Shown here: positions 28,076 to 38,957 of the stretch, in pieces
How positions within the stretch are numbered: position 1 is the first letter of the stretch
Layout: each line of letters starts with the position of its first letter
Source of the DNA: an uncultured delta proteobacterium
Lineage (GTDB): Bacteria > Desulfobacterota > Binatia > Binatales > Binataceae
Assembly: GCA_963721485.1 (NCBI GenBank)
Contig: CAVRJV010000006.1
Coordinates: forward strand, 66,847-130,846
Direction of reading: 5' to 3'
Length of the DNA: 64,000 nucleotides
Made by a program: the position numbers and the translations under genes
The notes under the pieces: model-generated
Told to the model about the DNA's origin: nothing
The model's database searches: none
What the model saw: only the letters and a program-made list of their open reading frames with translations

Positions 28076-31000
28076 CTATATCCACAAGATCGCGCCGGAC
28101 GCTGGCCTGCCGGTGCTTTCTCGCACCGCTCGCACGTAAAACAGAATCTGTGCGCGATACTCGTCGAGCCGCGGCGCTACTTCAACATCGGTTTTGAAAT
28201 CGACGACGGTCCAAACTGCGCCATCATCCGGTGTTCTCCGCGAACGCCAGGTCCGCGATTCCTTCGACTGCGGTGCCGTCTTCGAGCTTGATCATCAATG
28301 GACATTCTCGCATCACCGTCTGCCGCCGCCTTCGCGCGAAGCATGAGCGAAGACTTGAGCGCTGCGGTCACGGCATTCACCGCGGCAGCGATCTCGTCGT
28401 CCGGCGCACCGATCATCTTGGCCGCGCTCGATGCAATCTTCCCGATCGCGCCGGCGTCCGCGTCGAACGAAGTCCGCAGCATCGTCAGATGCACGAGCGT
28501 GCCGAAGCGCTTGCCATGCGGCCGACCCTTGTCGCGCCGCGTCTCCTCGATTGCGATCGTCTCCGCCGACGCGGGCCCGTCGGCCGGCGCCACAAGTGCA
28601 AGCTCGGTCGCCGTCGCGACGTTCATCCTCGGCGTCGTTCCCGCCGTGAGCATCGCCGTCCGGCTCGCGCTCCATTCTTCATGCAGTTCTGACGCCGCGG
28701 TCCGACACGAGCTTGCTCTCGTCGGCCTGCAGCAGCTTGTCCTGCCGCAGTCCCATCTTTTCCTCGACGTTGAGGATCAGCAGCCGCGGATCCCACCAGA
28801 CAATTTGATGGTCCCCCGTCTGGGCCGATGCAATCCCGGCGCCACCGATTTCACTTTCCCCGGCGCCTTGGGCGGCCGCGTCAGCACGCTGTCGTCGCCG
28901 AATTCGGGGCATCCTGCAGGATGCGTCGACATCGGCGCGCGCCGCTCCGTCGCCGCCGGATAGATGACAGGATTCAGCCGTGCGAGCCAGCCGTCGCTCT
29001 CGTGCGGGTCGTCGCCAACCGCGGGCACGACGATCAGATCACGCGCGCGCGTCGCCGCGACGTACAGCAGGCGGATCGCTTCCTCCTCGTCGCGCTGATG
29101 CTCTCGCGCCTGATTCTCCTGCAGCTCGCGCGGCGCGCATCCCGCAAGTTCCATCGCGGCGAGCTTCGACGCCGGCTCGATATAGCGCGATGCGTGCTCG
29201 CGAGTTTCGTTGCAGGTGATATCGGCCAGAATGACGACCGGGAAACTCGAGGCCCTTCGCGCGATGCACCGTCATGATGCGCACGCCCTCGGTGCCTTCC
29301 TCGACAATCGGCGTCTCGCTCGCCTCGTCGCGCTCGGCGCGCGCTTCAAGCTCATCGACGAACGCGCGAAACGACGTGGTCCCGCCGCGCGCCTCGTAAC
29401 GCCGCGCCTGGTCCATGATTCGCATGACATTCGCGAGCGCCTGCTCGCCGGTCGGCCAAATCGCGAACCCCGCATGCGCGCGCGTCGTCAGCCAGCAGCG
29501 TCGCGATCGTCTCGGCGATCGGCCGTCGATTCCGTCCGCGATGCAGATCGCTTGATCACCTCGAGCGCGCCCTTCACTTCCTTGAGGCTGTCGGGCAAGT
29601 CGTCGGGCAGCTTGCGAAACGGATGCAGGCTGCCGAGCGTCATGCGAAATTCGAGCAGCGCCGCGTCCGACAGCGCGAACACCGGACCGTGCAAGCGCAG
29701 CGAACACCGTCAGCTCGTCATCGGGCCGCTCGATCGCGCCGAGCAGATTGCGCATCGCGATCACTTCTTCGCGCTCGTTGAACGATCCGCCCTTGACCAG
29801 CACATGCGGCAGATGCCGCGCTTCGAGCGCGCGCAGGTAAGGCCGCGTCACGTCGCGGCCGAACGAATTCATGCGGCGAAACAGGATGCAGATATGGCGC
29901 GGGCGAATCGGCACGCGCACGTCGGGCGCCTCGCGCTCGGTCACCGTCCATCCGCTTTCATGAACCAGCCATCGCGCGTACGCGGCGATCGCTTCGGGAA
30001 TCGACTCGTCGATTTTCCAGTTGACGACGCGGCCGAAATCGCCGTACGGCTCGGGCACCGGCAGCACGACGATCGACGGCTGCGTCGCGAGATCGGCGCG
30101 AAACGGCATGAGCGGCGCATACGCCGGCTGCGTGCCGGACTCCTCGCTCATCAGCGGCGCGAACGCAGCATTGACCATCGTCTGAATCTGCCGGCGTCGC
30201 GCGAAAGCTTACCGTCAGATGCTCGAGTTGGGCGCCATGCATCAGCAGCAGTTGCTTGACGCCCTGGTAGAGCGAAACGTCGGCGCGCCGAAAACGGTAA
30301 ATCGATTGTTTCGGATCGCCGACGATAAATAATTTCCCCGGAATCGGCCTGACCTTCAGCCAGTTGGTCTCGACGGCATCGGCCGACGACAGCAGCAGCA
30401 GAATTTCCGCTTGCAGCGGATCGGTATCCTGGAATTCATCGACAAAAATATGCGTGAAGCGATTCTGCAGCTCGGCGCGCACCGCGGGATTGTCGCGAAC
30501 CAGGTTGCGCGCGACCAGCAGCAGATCGAGGAAGTCGAGGCGTCCCGCGCGCCGCTTGAGTTCCTCGTATAGATCGACCACCGGCCACAATTCGTCGCGC
30601 AGCAGCGGCGCGAGATTCGCGCCCGCATCGTCGCGAAACTTCTTCAGCCGCGCGTGCAGATCGGATCGCCGCCGGAAGACATCCGTCGCGCGCGACCTCG
30701 CCAAAGCCGCCGCCGTATCCTTTCCAATTCCAATGCCGGCCCGTGCACAGCCTGATAAGCACGGATTCGAGCGCGTCATAATCGCGTCCGCGCACCGCTT
30801 CCAGGCGCGTTGCTTCGTTCATGGGCCGCGCGATATCGCGTCGAGGCTCTTCGCCAGCCAGTCGTCGTCCTCGCCCAGTTCGGCAAGTTTGCCGAGCGCC
30901 TCGACCTCCGCGATTAGTCGCGTCGATCTCGGCGTCGCGATCGCGAACGGCGAATGCGTGCCACGGCGAATCGAAGTCGCGCCAGTTCATCAGCTCGAGC

Positions 31001-31558
31001 GCCGCATGCCGCGCGATTTCGCGCGGCCCCGTGCGCGCCGACAAATCGCGCCGCCGCAGCAGCCGGCGCATGCCCTCGCCCGGCTGCGTCGAGGATTCGC
31101 TCGAACCATCGCTCGAATGCCGCGTCGAACATCTCGCCCGCAACGTCCTCGGGCGCCACTTCGAACATCGGATCGACGCGCGCCTCAACCGGCCGCTCGC
31201 GCAGCAGGTCGGCGCAAAACGAATGAATCGTTCCGATGCGCGCTTCTTCGAGTTGCTTGAGCGCCAGGTCGAAGCGCGCGCGCCCTTCGCTCGAAGGTTC
31301 GGTGTCCTGCCGCGCCCGCTCGATTTCCGCGCGCAGCCGCAGCTTCAGCTCGCCGGCCGCCTTTTCGGTAAACGTCACCGCGACGATTCGCGCCAGCTCG
31401 CCGCGCCCCGACCCGATCACCGAGACGATTCGATTCACCAGCGCCGTGGTCTTGCCGGTGCCCGCCGCCGCCTCGATCACGAGCGTGGCGTCGAGGTCGT
31501 CGCGAATCCGATCGCGCACCGCCTGGTCGGATATGACAGTTGGATTCGCGAGCGTCAT
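28076..31558 (-). pseudogene. addA: AddA-type UvrD-family helicase with a C-terminal PD-(D/E)xK nuclease, many frameshifts as assembled
   Basis: The start MTLANPTVISDQAVRDRIRDDLDATLVIEAAAGTGKTTALVNRIV (Walker A) is in track ORF 30914..31945. UvrD motifs are spread over 29958..30779 (FTHIFVDEFQDTDPLQ) and 29039..30178 (VRIMTVHRAKGLEF). The nuclease end is ...GIADLAFAEN..DGAVWTVVDFKTDVEV...ILWI*, with its stop at 28076-28078. The ATG overlaps the addB stop (ATGA). Confidence 0.8.
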
Positions 31559-34500
31559 GGCATCTCGCGCAGCCGCGTCAGCGAATTGAGCCGCGCCTCT
31601 CGGTTTGATCTGCGAGCGCCGCTCCTCGTACGGCCCGCACACGCGCTTGTAGTCGCACCAGTCGCATTCGCGATCGTCCGGCGCCGCCGGCAAAAATCCC
31701 GCTTCGAGCGACTCCTTCACGATCGCGACGAAATCGCGCGCCGCTTTGCGCGCCTCGTCATTGATCTCGACCACGCGCTCCTCGTAGCCGCCCGCCGCCG
31801 TGCAGTAGTAAAGCCGTCCCGCGTAAATCTTCTCCTCGAGAACGCTTTCCGCCGCGAGCGCGTACAACACCGGCTGCAGCGTCTTGCCGCCGCCGATCAC
31901 GAAATTCTTCTCCGCGCGCACTTTGCCGGTCTTGTGATCGGTCACGCGGATGCGCCCCGCCGGATCGCGCTCGAGCAGATCGATCGATCCGCGCAGGCTG
32001 AGGCCGCCGTCAATCGCGACCGGATCCGCCGAGCTATGCGGGTCCGCCTTGCGCCCGATCGCTCAGCCCAAAGCCGAGCTCGAACCATTCGGGCCGCCAA
32101 TGCTCCGGATCCTCCGCCGCGCGCCGCAGCCATTCGCGCAAGTCGGCGCGGATACTTTCGATACCGTCGAGCCACACGCGCTCGATCGCCGGCGCCAGCT
32201 CGTCATGCCGTTCGCGCCGCAACTTCGTCGAGCTTCTCGTCGAGCAGCGCGGACGCATCTTCCAAATCTTCAGGCGTCACCGGCAGCACGTCGAGCTCGC
32301 GCAGCGCCGACAGGATTTCGTACTGCACCTCGGCGAAAATGCTGCCGCGCGTCAGCGGATCGAGCGTCTCGATCGCCTCGGGCTCCTCGCGCGGTTCCAG
32401 CCGATGGACCGCTTGCAGAAAAAATCGATACGGGCACGCCGCGAAATTTTGCAGCGCCGTCGGCGAGTACGAACGCGCGCTCAACTGATGCTTCGACAAT
32501 GCCGCGAGCGCCGCCGCGTCCGGATCGACCAGCCCGTCCGCCGGCGTCCATCGCCTGAGCCATCGCCGCGCGCGCGCGCGCAACGCCCGCCCGAGATGCA
32601 TATTGGCGCCGAGCAGATAATTCGCCGCGCCAATCGGTGGTCTGCGGATCGGCGTCGACCAGTTTGTCGAGCACTGCGAGATCGAATTCGGCATCGTCGA
32701 TCGCGTCGGCGGGATTCTCCGGCGCCGGCCACGACAACCGCGTCGTCGGCTGCGAGGCCGCGCGACTCGCCAGCTCGTCGAAGCCGGGCAGGCGGCCCTC
32801 CGCCGCGCGTAGGACTTCGAGCGCATAGAACGACGGCACGCGCGGGCGGCCTTGATCGAGATCAACACGCGGATATGAAAACATGGCGCGCACTCGCGCC
32901 GCGCCCGCCGCAATTCGGAGCGCGAGCCGTTCCGCGCCGACGCGCCGCTCGTTGCGCGCGAGATACGGACTGAGCCGTAAGCGCGCCTCATCGGAAAGAA
33001 TCGGATCCTCGGTCAGCTTGCGCGGAAACATCCGCTCGGCAAGACCGGGAACGATTACGACGTCGAACTCCATGCCGCGCGCGCGATTCGGCGGCGCGAC
33101 GAACACGGCGCCGTAGCGGCGCACGCGCCGCGGAGCTTCGAGCCGGCCGAGCCGATCGTTCAGCACCAGGCGCACCTCGTCGAGTCCGACCGGACCGACC
33201 GGCGCCATCGGCTCGAGCTCCGCCAGCGCGGCGAGCACCGGCTCGCGATCGCGAATCGCCAGGTCAACCAAGTCGCGCAGAAACTTGAGCCAGTCGCCCC
33301 AAGTCGCATCGCGCGGCGCCGCTTCGAGCATCGAGAGAATCGGCATCGCCACTTCGCCGAGATGCGCGAGGTCGAGTATTCGCCGCTTGATGCTCGCCGC
33401 GTGCGCGTCGTCGTCGGCGACTTCAGCGAGACGGGACTTGAGCTCGTTGCCCAAACCCGCCAGACGCGTGCGCCAACGATCGGCGCTGCCGATCACGGCG
33501 GCATCGACAATCAGCCGCTCCCATCGCCATGGCGCGCGCGCGGTTCCATCGATTACGGGAACGGGATCGGAAACGTCGATGTCGGCGCCAGCGTCTGTCG
33601 GAGAGGCGCTTTCAACTTCGAGATCCGATTCCAGCGACGCGGGCGCAAGCTCCGCATCGGGACTGGTTGCCGGCTCGTCGTCGCGCTTGCGATCGGCGTC
33701 GGGCACCTGGGCGAGCGAAAGATATTCCGCGAAACGGCGTGCCGAGAGATCTTCTGCGGCGCAGCAAAGCAGCGCGAGCATCGCGCGGCCGCCGGGTTCG
33801 GGTCGGCGTGTACCGCGCGCGAAGTACGCGGGGATGTCGGCGCGGGCGAGTGCTTCCTGAAGATACGGCGCGTAGCGAACGGGGTCGTGCAGCAGCACAC
33901 TGATTCGATCGAACGGCACACCGCGCCGTGCCTCGGCGGCGATTCGGCGTGCGATCTCGACGCACTCGTGCATCTCGCCCGGCGCTGAAATCACCGTCAC
34001 CGTATCGTCAACGTCGCGTTCGGGCGGGGCGGTATCGGCGAACAGATGTGTCTGCAGGCGGTCGAGGGACGGTGCGGTAGTTTCGTTGACAGTCGGAGAC
34101 GATGCGGTGGCGCGGATGCCGAGCGCGTCTTCGAGGATCGATTGGACTGGAGAGTCGCCGGCGGGAATTGTTGCGAGGATCGACGGCGCGCGCGCGGCGA
34201 GGGCGGCGATGAAGTCGCGGTCGAGCGCACTATCGACAAGAACGTCGAGGAGCAGAATCGGCAGGCCGACGAAGCGAGGCGGATCGTCGGCGAGCGCGGC
34301 GCGGGTCGCGACTTTCAGCATCCCGGCGCGATCGATCAGCTTGGCGTCGGCCAGCTCGGTGTCGAACTGAGCCAGCGTCGCGGCGATCGCTTCGCCGGCA
34401 CTGCCGAGGGCGCGCGATTGATCGGCGGCGACGTTGTTCCATCGAAGCTCGATCAGCGTGCGCGCCAGCGCTCGCGAGAAGCCGGGGAGATTCAGCACGG

Positions 34501-34834
34501 AATCGAAATGCTTGAGCGCGCCTGAGGGCGCGAGGCGGAAGACGGCGCGCGCGGCGACCGCTTCGGCGGCAAGTCCGTCGGCGGGCGCGAGGCCGGCATC
34601 GGCAAGTTCCTCGGCGGCGAGTAATCCGACGAGGCGGTTGAGGGTCATGCGATGAACGCCGAGCATCGCGCCACGCGACAACGCGAAGGCGCGGACGAGG
34701 TCGTCGGCAGCCTCCTTGACCGACGCGATCACGAGTATTTCGCTGGCGGACGGCTGCGACTCTAGCCACGCGCGTGCGGCGGCGACGCGTTCGGCGGCGC
34801 GTTCCGAGATTATGATTTCACGAGAAGCTGGCAT
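31555..34834 (-). pseudogene. addB: AddB-type PD-(D/E)xK nuclease subunit with a C-terminal CxxCxxxxxC cluster, frameshifts in the C-terminal third as assembled
   Basis: Track ORF 32270..34834 (854 aa, no Walker A) continues in 32203..32991 (CPYRFFLQAVHRLEP), 32034..32258 and 30914..31945 (RVTDHKTGKV...GRLYYCTAAGG...RECDWCDYKRVCG). The end ...LNSLTRLREMP* is readable in another frame. Confidence 0.8.
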
Positions 34835-34939
34835 CGGCGCAGCGCGGATCGATGCCGCGCCACGTCTCTATCGTCTGCTTCGACACTCGGATCTCGCAAG
34901 GGGGCGCGCCGCGGGTTTCCACAGCGAGGACAACGGTTG

Positions 34940-36055
34940 TCAGGTTGCTTTTGTTTGACGCGCGAGACCGAGGTCGGCGTACACTGCGTCGAGCGTGGAG
35001 ATCGTGCGAGCGTCGTGGCGGTTTTCCTGCGACTCGAGCATCCCGTTGAATACCAGCGCCACGACGGTCTTGTTCGGTGGATCGACGAAGCCTACGGACG
35101 AGACGTAGCCGGCGTGACCCCAGGCGCGCTTCGAGCAATTGTTGCCGAACCAGGTTGCGCTGTTGCAGTACTGCTTTGAATCGATGACGACGCCGAGGCC
35201 GCGGTCCAGTGGATAGCCGAAGGTTCGATCTCGCATCCCGACCACGTGCCGCGCCCAGATCGCCTCGACCGTCTGCGGGCGAATGACTTTGCCGCCGCCC
35301 GCCAGCATCGCCTCGTAGAACTTCCCGAGGTCGCGAATCGGTCCGCGCGCGCTGCCGCCCGGGCGACATATCGCGAGCGCGTCTGCGCTGTCGCCCCAAA
35401 ATGGATAGGTGTGTGGAACAGGTTTCCTGAGACCGTTTGAGAAGTGCATCGGCGCGATTCGATCCTCGGCCGCGTATTCGCGATGGCGTTCCGGCGGCAT
35501 CCCCAGCCACGTGTCGCGCATCCCGAGCGGCTCGAAGATTTCTTCGCGCGCGTATTGCGAGTAGGGCCGGCCGTCGATTCGGCGCACGATTTCGGCCAGC
35601 GCGTACCATCCCGACGCGACGTGATAGCCCATCCGCTCGCCCGGTATCCATCCGGGATCGAGCGGCGCGGCGCAAAGATCGGCGACGATTTTCTCCCACG
35701 GGTCGGCCGACCACGGCACGATCGCGCGCGGGAATCCGCCGGTATGCGTGAGCACGTGGCGAATCGTCACGCGATCCTTGCGGTTGGCGCCGAATTCGGG
35801 AATGTGGCGCGCGACGGCGTCGTCGAGGTCGAGCTTGCCGCGTTCCCACATCTGCGCGATCGCGACTGCGGTGATCGGCTTGATCGACGACATCCAGAGC
35901 ACCAGCGTGTCCGGGCGCATCGCAATGCCTTCGCGCGCTTCGCCGAATGCGAGATCGCCGATCGTATTGCCGTCGCGCGAAACGTAAAGCTGCGCGCCAA
36001 GATGGAGTCGCGCCTTGATTCCGTCCTCGATGACCGCCGCTGCTTTTTCCAGCAT
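34940..36055 (-). CDS. Serine hydrolase (beta-lactamase / esterase EstB-like family)
   Basis: Track ORF 34940..36139. Its first 28 codons run through REP copy B, so the ATG at 36055 (MLEKAAAVIEDG) is preferred. The SxxK motif lies in LWMSSIKPITAVAIAQMWERGKLDLDD, and there is a YSQ/YxN-type region. Confidence 0.85.
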   Translation of the reverse strand: MLEKAAAVIEDGIKARLHLGAQLYVSRDGNTIGDLAFGEAREGIAMRPDTLVLWMSSIKPITAVAIAQMWERGKLDLDDAVARHIPEFGANRKDRVTIRHVLTHTGGFPRAIVPWSADPWEKIVADLCAAPLDPGWIPGERMGYHVASGWYALAEIVRRIDGRPYSQYAREEIFEPLGMRDTWLGMPPERHREYAAEDRIAPMHFSNGLRKPVPHTYPFWGDSADALAICRPGGSARGPIRDLGKFYEAMLAGGGKVIRPQTVEAIWARHVVGMRDRTFGYPLDRGLGVVIDSKQYCNSATWFGNNCSKRAWGHAGYVSSVGFVDPPNKTVVALVFNGMLESQENRHDARTISTLDAVYADLGLARQTKAT

Positions 36056-36068
36056 TATTTCATTTAAT

Positions 36069-36122
36069 GTGGAACCCGCCGTGGGTTCCACACCTCCTTG
36101 GGCAGGGCTGAGCCCTGCACCC
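36069..36122 (+). repeat. REP-like double-hairpin element, family 1, copy B
   Basis: Sequence is gtggaacccgccgtgggttccacacctccttgggcagggctgagccctgcaccc. The hairpins are GTGGAACCC-gcc-GTGGGTTCCAC and GCAGGGCT-GAGCCCTGC. Confidence 0.7.
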
Positions 36123-36205
36123 GGTGGAAGAAATCGCAAAATGGCGCGGACGCCCTTTTGCTCTCAGGTTTGTTTTCCCGGTGTCAGGCCGTTTTCTTGT
36201 GTCAT

Positions 36206-36799
36206 TCACTTCGCGATGCGGAGGCCGTGCATCAGGAGGCGCCACACGTCGTTGTACGCCGCGTCGATGCCGGGGGCGGACCATTCGGCGGCGTGGGCCG
36301 GGTGGTGGAAGCGGGACGTCGCGAATAACACTGCGCGTCCGGCGGCGACGGGGTCGGCGGTGCGGAAGGTGCCTTCCTTCATGCCGGCGCGGATGATCGT
36401 CGCGGCTAACCCGACTAACTCTTCGACATGGGCGGCGGCGACGGACTGGGCGTCAGCCGCCAGCGTTCGATAGGCGGCGAAGAGTTCCGGGTCGTCGGCA
36501 GCACGGCGGCGTTTGACGGCGATGAGGGCGTCGAACAATCGCCGCAACCGTAGCGGGGCCGGACCCGTGCGAGCGGCGATGGCGCGCAAAGGGGGCATCG
36601 TCGCCTCGGCCCATCGGCTAACGACGAGATCGCGCAGCTCGGCCTTGGTCGCCACGTGCCGGTAGACAGCCGCGTGGCTCACTCCCAGCGCGCGGGCCAC
36701 GTCCACTACGTTCGCCTTCGCCGGACCGAAGCGGCGGATGACATCCTCGGCCGTAGCGATGATTCGATCGCGCGTGAGCGGCGCGTCAGCGGAGGGCAT
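36206..36799 (-). CDS. TetR/AcrR family transcriptional regulator
   Basis: 197 aa. The HTH is IIATAEDVIRRFGPAKANVVDVARALGVSHAAVYRHVATKAEL. Its start overlaps the AKR stop. Confidence 0.9.
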   Translation of the reverse strand: MPSADAPLTRDRIIATAEDVIRRFGPAKANVVDVARALGVSHAAVYRHVATKAELRDLVVSRWAEATMPPLRAIAARTGPAPLRLRRLFDALIAVKRRRAADDPELFAAYRTLAADAQSVAAAHVEELVGLAATIIRAGMKEGTFRTADPVAAGRAVLFATSRFHHPAHAAEWSAPGIDAAYNDVWRLLMHGLRIAK

Positions 36800-37675
36800 G
36801 TGAAGCGGCGGCGATGCCGTCCAACTCCGCCAGGATTTCGCGCGAGAGCGTCAAATCACCGGCAGCCAGGTTCTCGCGAAGATGAGCAACCGACGACGTG
36901 CCGGGGATCAACAGGATGTTGGGCGAGCGGTGCAGCAGCCACGCCTGCGCGACCTGCAATGGAGTGGCCCCGAGCCGGCTCGCGACGGACGAGAGGGTGG
37001 ACGACTGCAGCGGCGAGAATCCGCCGAGCGGGAAAAACGGAACGTAGGCGATGCGATTCCGGGCCAGGTCGTCGATCAGCGCTTCGTCGTGGCGGTAGGC
37101 CAGGTTGTAGTTGTTCTGCACGCACACGATGTCGGTGATCGCATTCGCCTCGGCCACCTGGCACGCGGTGGCGTTGCTCAGGCCGATGTGACGGATGAGC
37201 CCCTTGCGCCGCAGGTCGGCCAGCACCGTTACCTGCTCGGCGATGGATCCTCGGCGGGGCCGTGGCCCGAGCCCATCACGCGGTAGTTGACGACGTTGAG
37301 CACGTCGAGGCCGAGGTTGCGGAGGTTGTCGTGGACACCGGCGGTCAGTTCTTGCGGCGAGATGGCCGGCAGCCACGACATGTCGGGCGGGCGGCGGGCG
37401 CCGAGCTTGGTGACGATCACCAGACCGGCCGGATACGGATGCAGGGCCTGCCGGATTATCTGGTTGGTGACATGCGGGCCGTAGTAGTCGGAAGTATCGA
37501 TATGGTTCACGCCGACGGCTACTGCTTCGCGCAGCACGGCGACGGCAGCGTGCGGATCCTTGGGCGGTCCGTACACGCCGGGGCCGGCCAACTGCATCGC
37601 GCCGTAGCCTATTCGATTGACGGTCAATGACGTGCCGGGAAAAGTGAAGTGTCCACCGAGTTTGGATTCACTCAT
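36786..37675 (-). pseudogene. Aldo/keto reductase, one frameshift as assembled
   Basis: Track ORFs are 37229..37693 (VNRIGYGAMQLAGPGVYGPP...GVNHIDTSDYYGPHVTNQ) and 36786..37376 (LIRHIGLSNATACQVAEA...VQNNYNL...YVPFFPLGG...LIPGTSSVAHLREN). The ATG at 37675 follows AAGGAG. Confidence 0.8.
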
Positions 37676-37938
37676 CGTGTTGCTCCTTTCCAATGCTGAG
37701 ACGAAGCAAGTCTAGGCAAACAAGTTACAGAAGTTAAATCTTGTAACTTATAAGGCCGGAGCGAACTAATCCATGACTCGCTTGAAGGCTGTGCTGAAGT
37801 CGCTTTCCGATTCGTAGCCGAGCGTCAGGCTATCTCGGACGATCGCGAAGATCATACGGACTTTTCAGCATAGATTGAATTTTCTCAAAGACATACGTTG
37901 ATCAAAACAGAGCACCACTCAGTCAAGGAGACAACGCA

Positions 37939-38823
37939 ATGCGTGTATTCATCACCGGTGCTACAGGATTTGTAGGTTCTGCCGTTGTTACGGAGCTGAT
38001 CAACGCGGGCCATCAGGTGATCGGGCTGGCTCGATCGGATGCGGGCGCAAAGTTTCTCATCGACGCCGGCGCGCAGGTGCATCGAGGTCATCTTGAAGAC
38101 CTGGAAAGCTTGCGCAGCGGAGCGGCCGGCTCCGATGGTGTGATCCACTGCGCGTTTATTCACGACTTCTCGAAGTACGTGGAGAACTGCGAGACCGACA
38201 AGCGCGCGATCGAGACTCTCGGCTCGGCGCTCGCGGGCTCCGGCCGCCCTTTGCTCGTCACCTCGGGGACCGCGGGTCTCGCACCGGGGCGCATCGGGAC
38301 CGAAGAAGATGCGCCCGTCCCTGGATTTCCACGCGTTTCAGAACAGACAGCAGCTTCAGTGGCGGAGCGTGGCGTACGCGCGTCGGTGATACGTCTGCCT
38401 CCGTCGGTGCATGACCGAAGCAAGAGTGGATTAGTGACTATGATGATCGCCCTGGCGCGCGAGAAGGGTATCTCGGCGTATGTGGGTGACGGGCTCAATC
38501 GATGGCCCGCGGTGCATGTGCTCGATACGCCGCTTCTCTACAGGCTGGCGCTCGAGAAGGGAGTCGCGGGGGCCAGGTATCACGCAGTCGCGGAAGAAGG
38601 CGTATCGCTTCGGGACATCGCTGAGACGATAGGCAAGGGACTGAAGGTGCCAGTCGTCGCCAAGTCGCCCGAAGAGGCGGCGGCCCATTTTGGCTTTCTC
38701 GGGTTCTTCGTAGGTGTGGACTGTCCGACTTCTAGCGCGCAAACGCGGGCACAACTGGGATGGCGTCCGACGCAGACCGGGCTGATTGCGGATCTCGAGC
38801 ATTCGCGCGAATACGGAGCGTGA
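37939..38823 (+). CDS. SDR-family NAD(P)-dependent oxidoreductase (atypical SDR / NmrA-like)
   Basis: 294 aa. The N-terminal Rossmann motif is MRVFITGATGFVGSAVV. Confidence 0.85.
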   Translation: MRVFITGATGFVGSAVVTELINAGHQVIGLARSDAGAKFLIDAGAQVHRGHLEDLESLRSGAAGSDGVIHCAFIHDFSKYVENCETDKRAIETLGSALAGSGRPLLVTSGTAGLAPGRIGTEEDAPVPGFPRVSEQTAASVAERGVRASVIRLPPSVHDRSKSGLVTMMIALAREKGISAYVGDGLNRWPAVHVLDTPLLYRLALEKGVAGARYHAVAEEGVSLRDIAETIGKGLKVPVVAKSPEEAAAHFGFLGFFVGVDCPTSSAQTRAQLGWRPTQTGLIADLEHSREYGA

Positions 38824-38854
38824 AAGTCAGGAGGCGTAGATCGCTTCATCTAGT

Positions 38855-38908
38855 GTGAAACCCGCGGTGGGTTTCACGCTTCCTTCGGCAGGGGTGACCC
38901 CTGCACCC
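38855..38908 (+). repeat. REP-like double-hairpin element, family 1, copy C
   Basis: Sequence is gtgaaacccgcggtgggtttcacgcttccttcggcaggggtgacccctgcaccc. It lies between convergent stops. Confidence 0.7.
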
Positions 38909-38957
38909 GGCATTAAGAAAGATAAGATGCGGGACTTCGTCCCTGTTAGAAAGGTTG

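Noticed and set aside
30821-32488. Long Arg/Ala/Pro-rich ORFs antisense to recognisable genes, such as 30821..32488 (555 aa), 29210..30259, 3667..4629, 25880..26764, 38955..40034, 50302..51267 and 57679..58806
   Set aside because: These are shadow ORFs typical of high-GC DNA. Each lies opposite a gene with clear family signatures (AddA/AddB, P450, AckA, carboxyltransferase, IS481 transposase). Each has low-complexity R/A/P/G composition and no recognisable motif.
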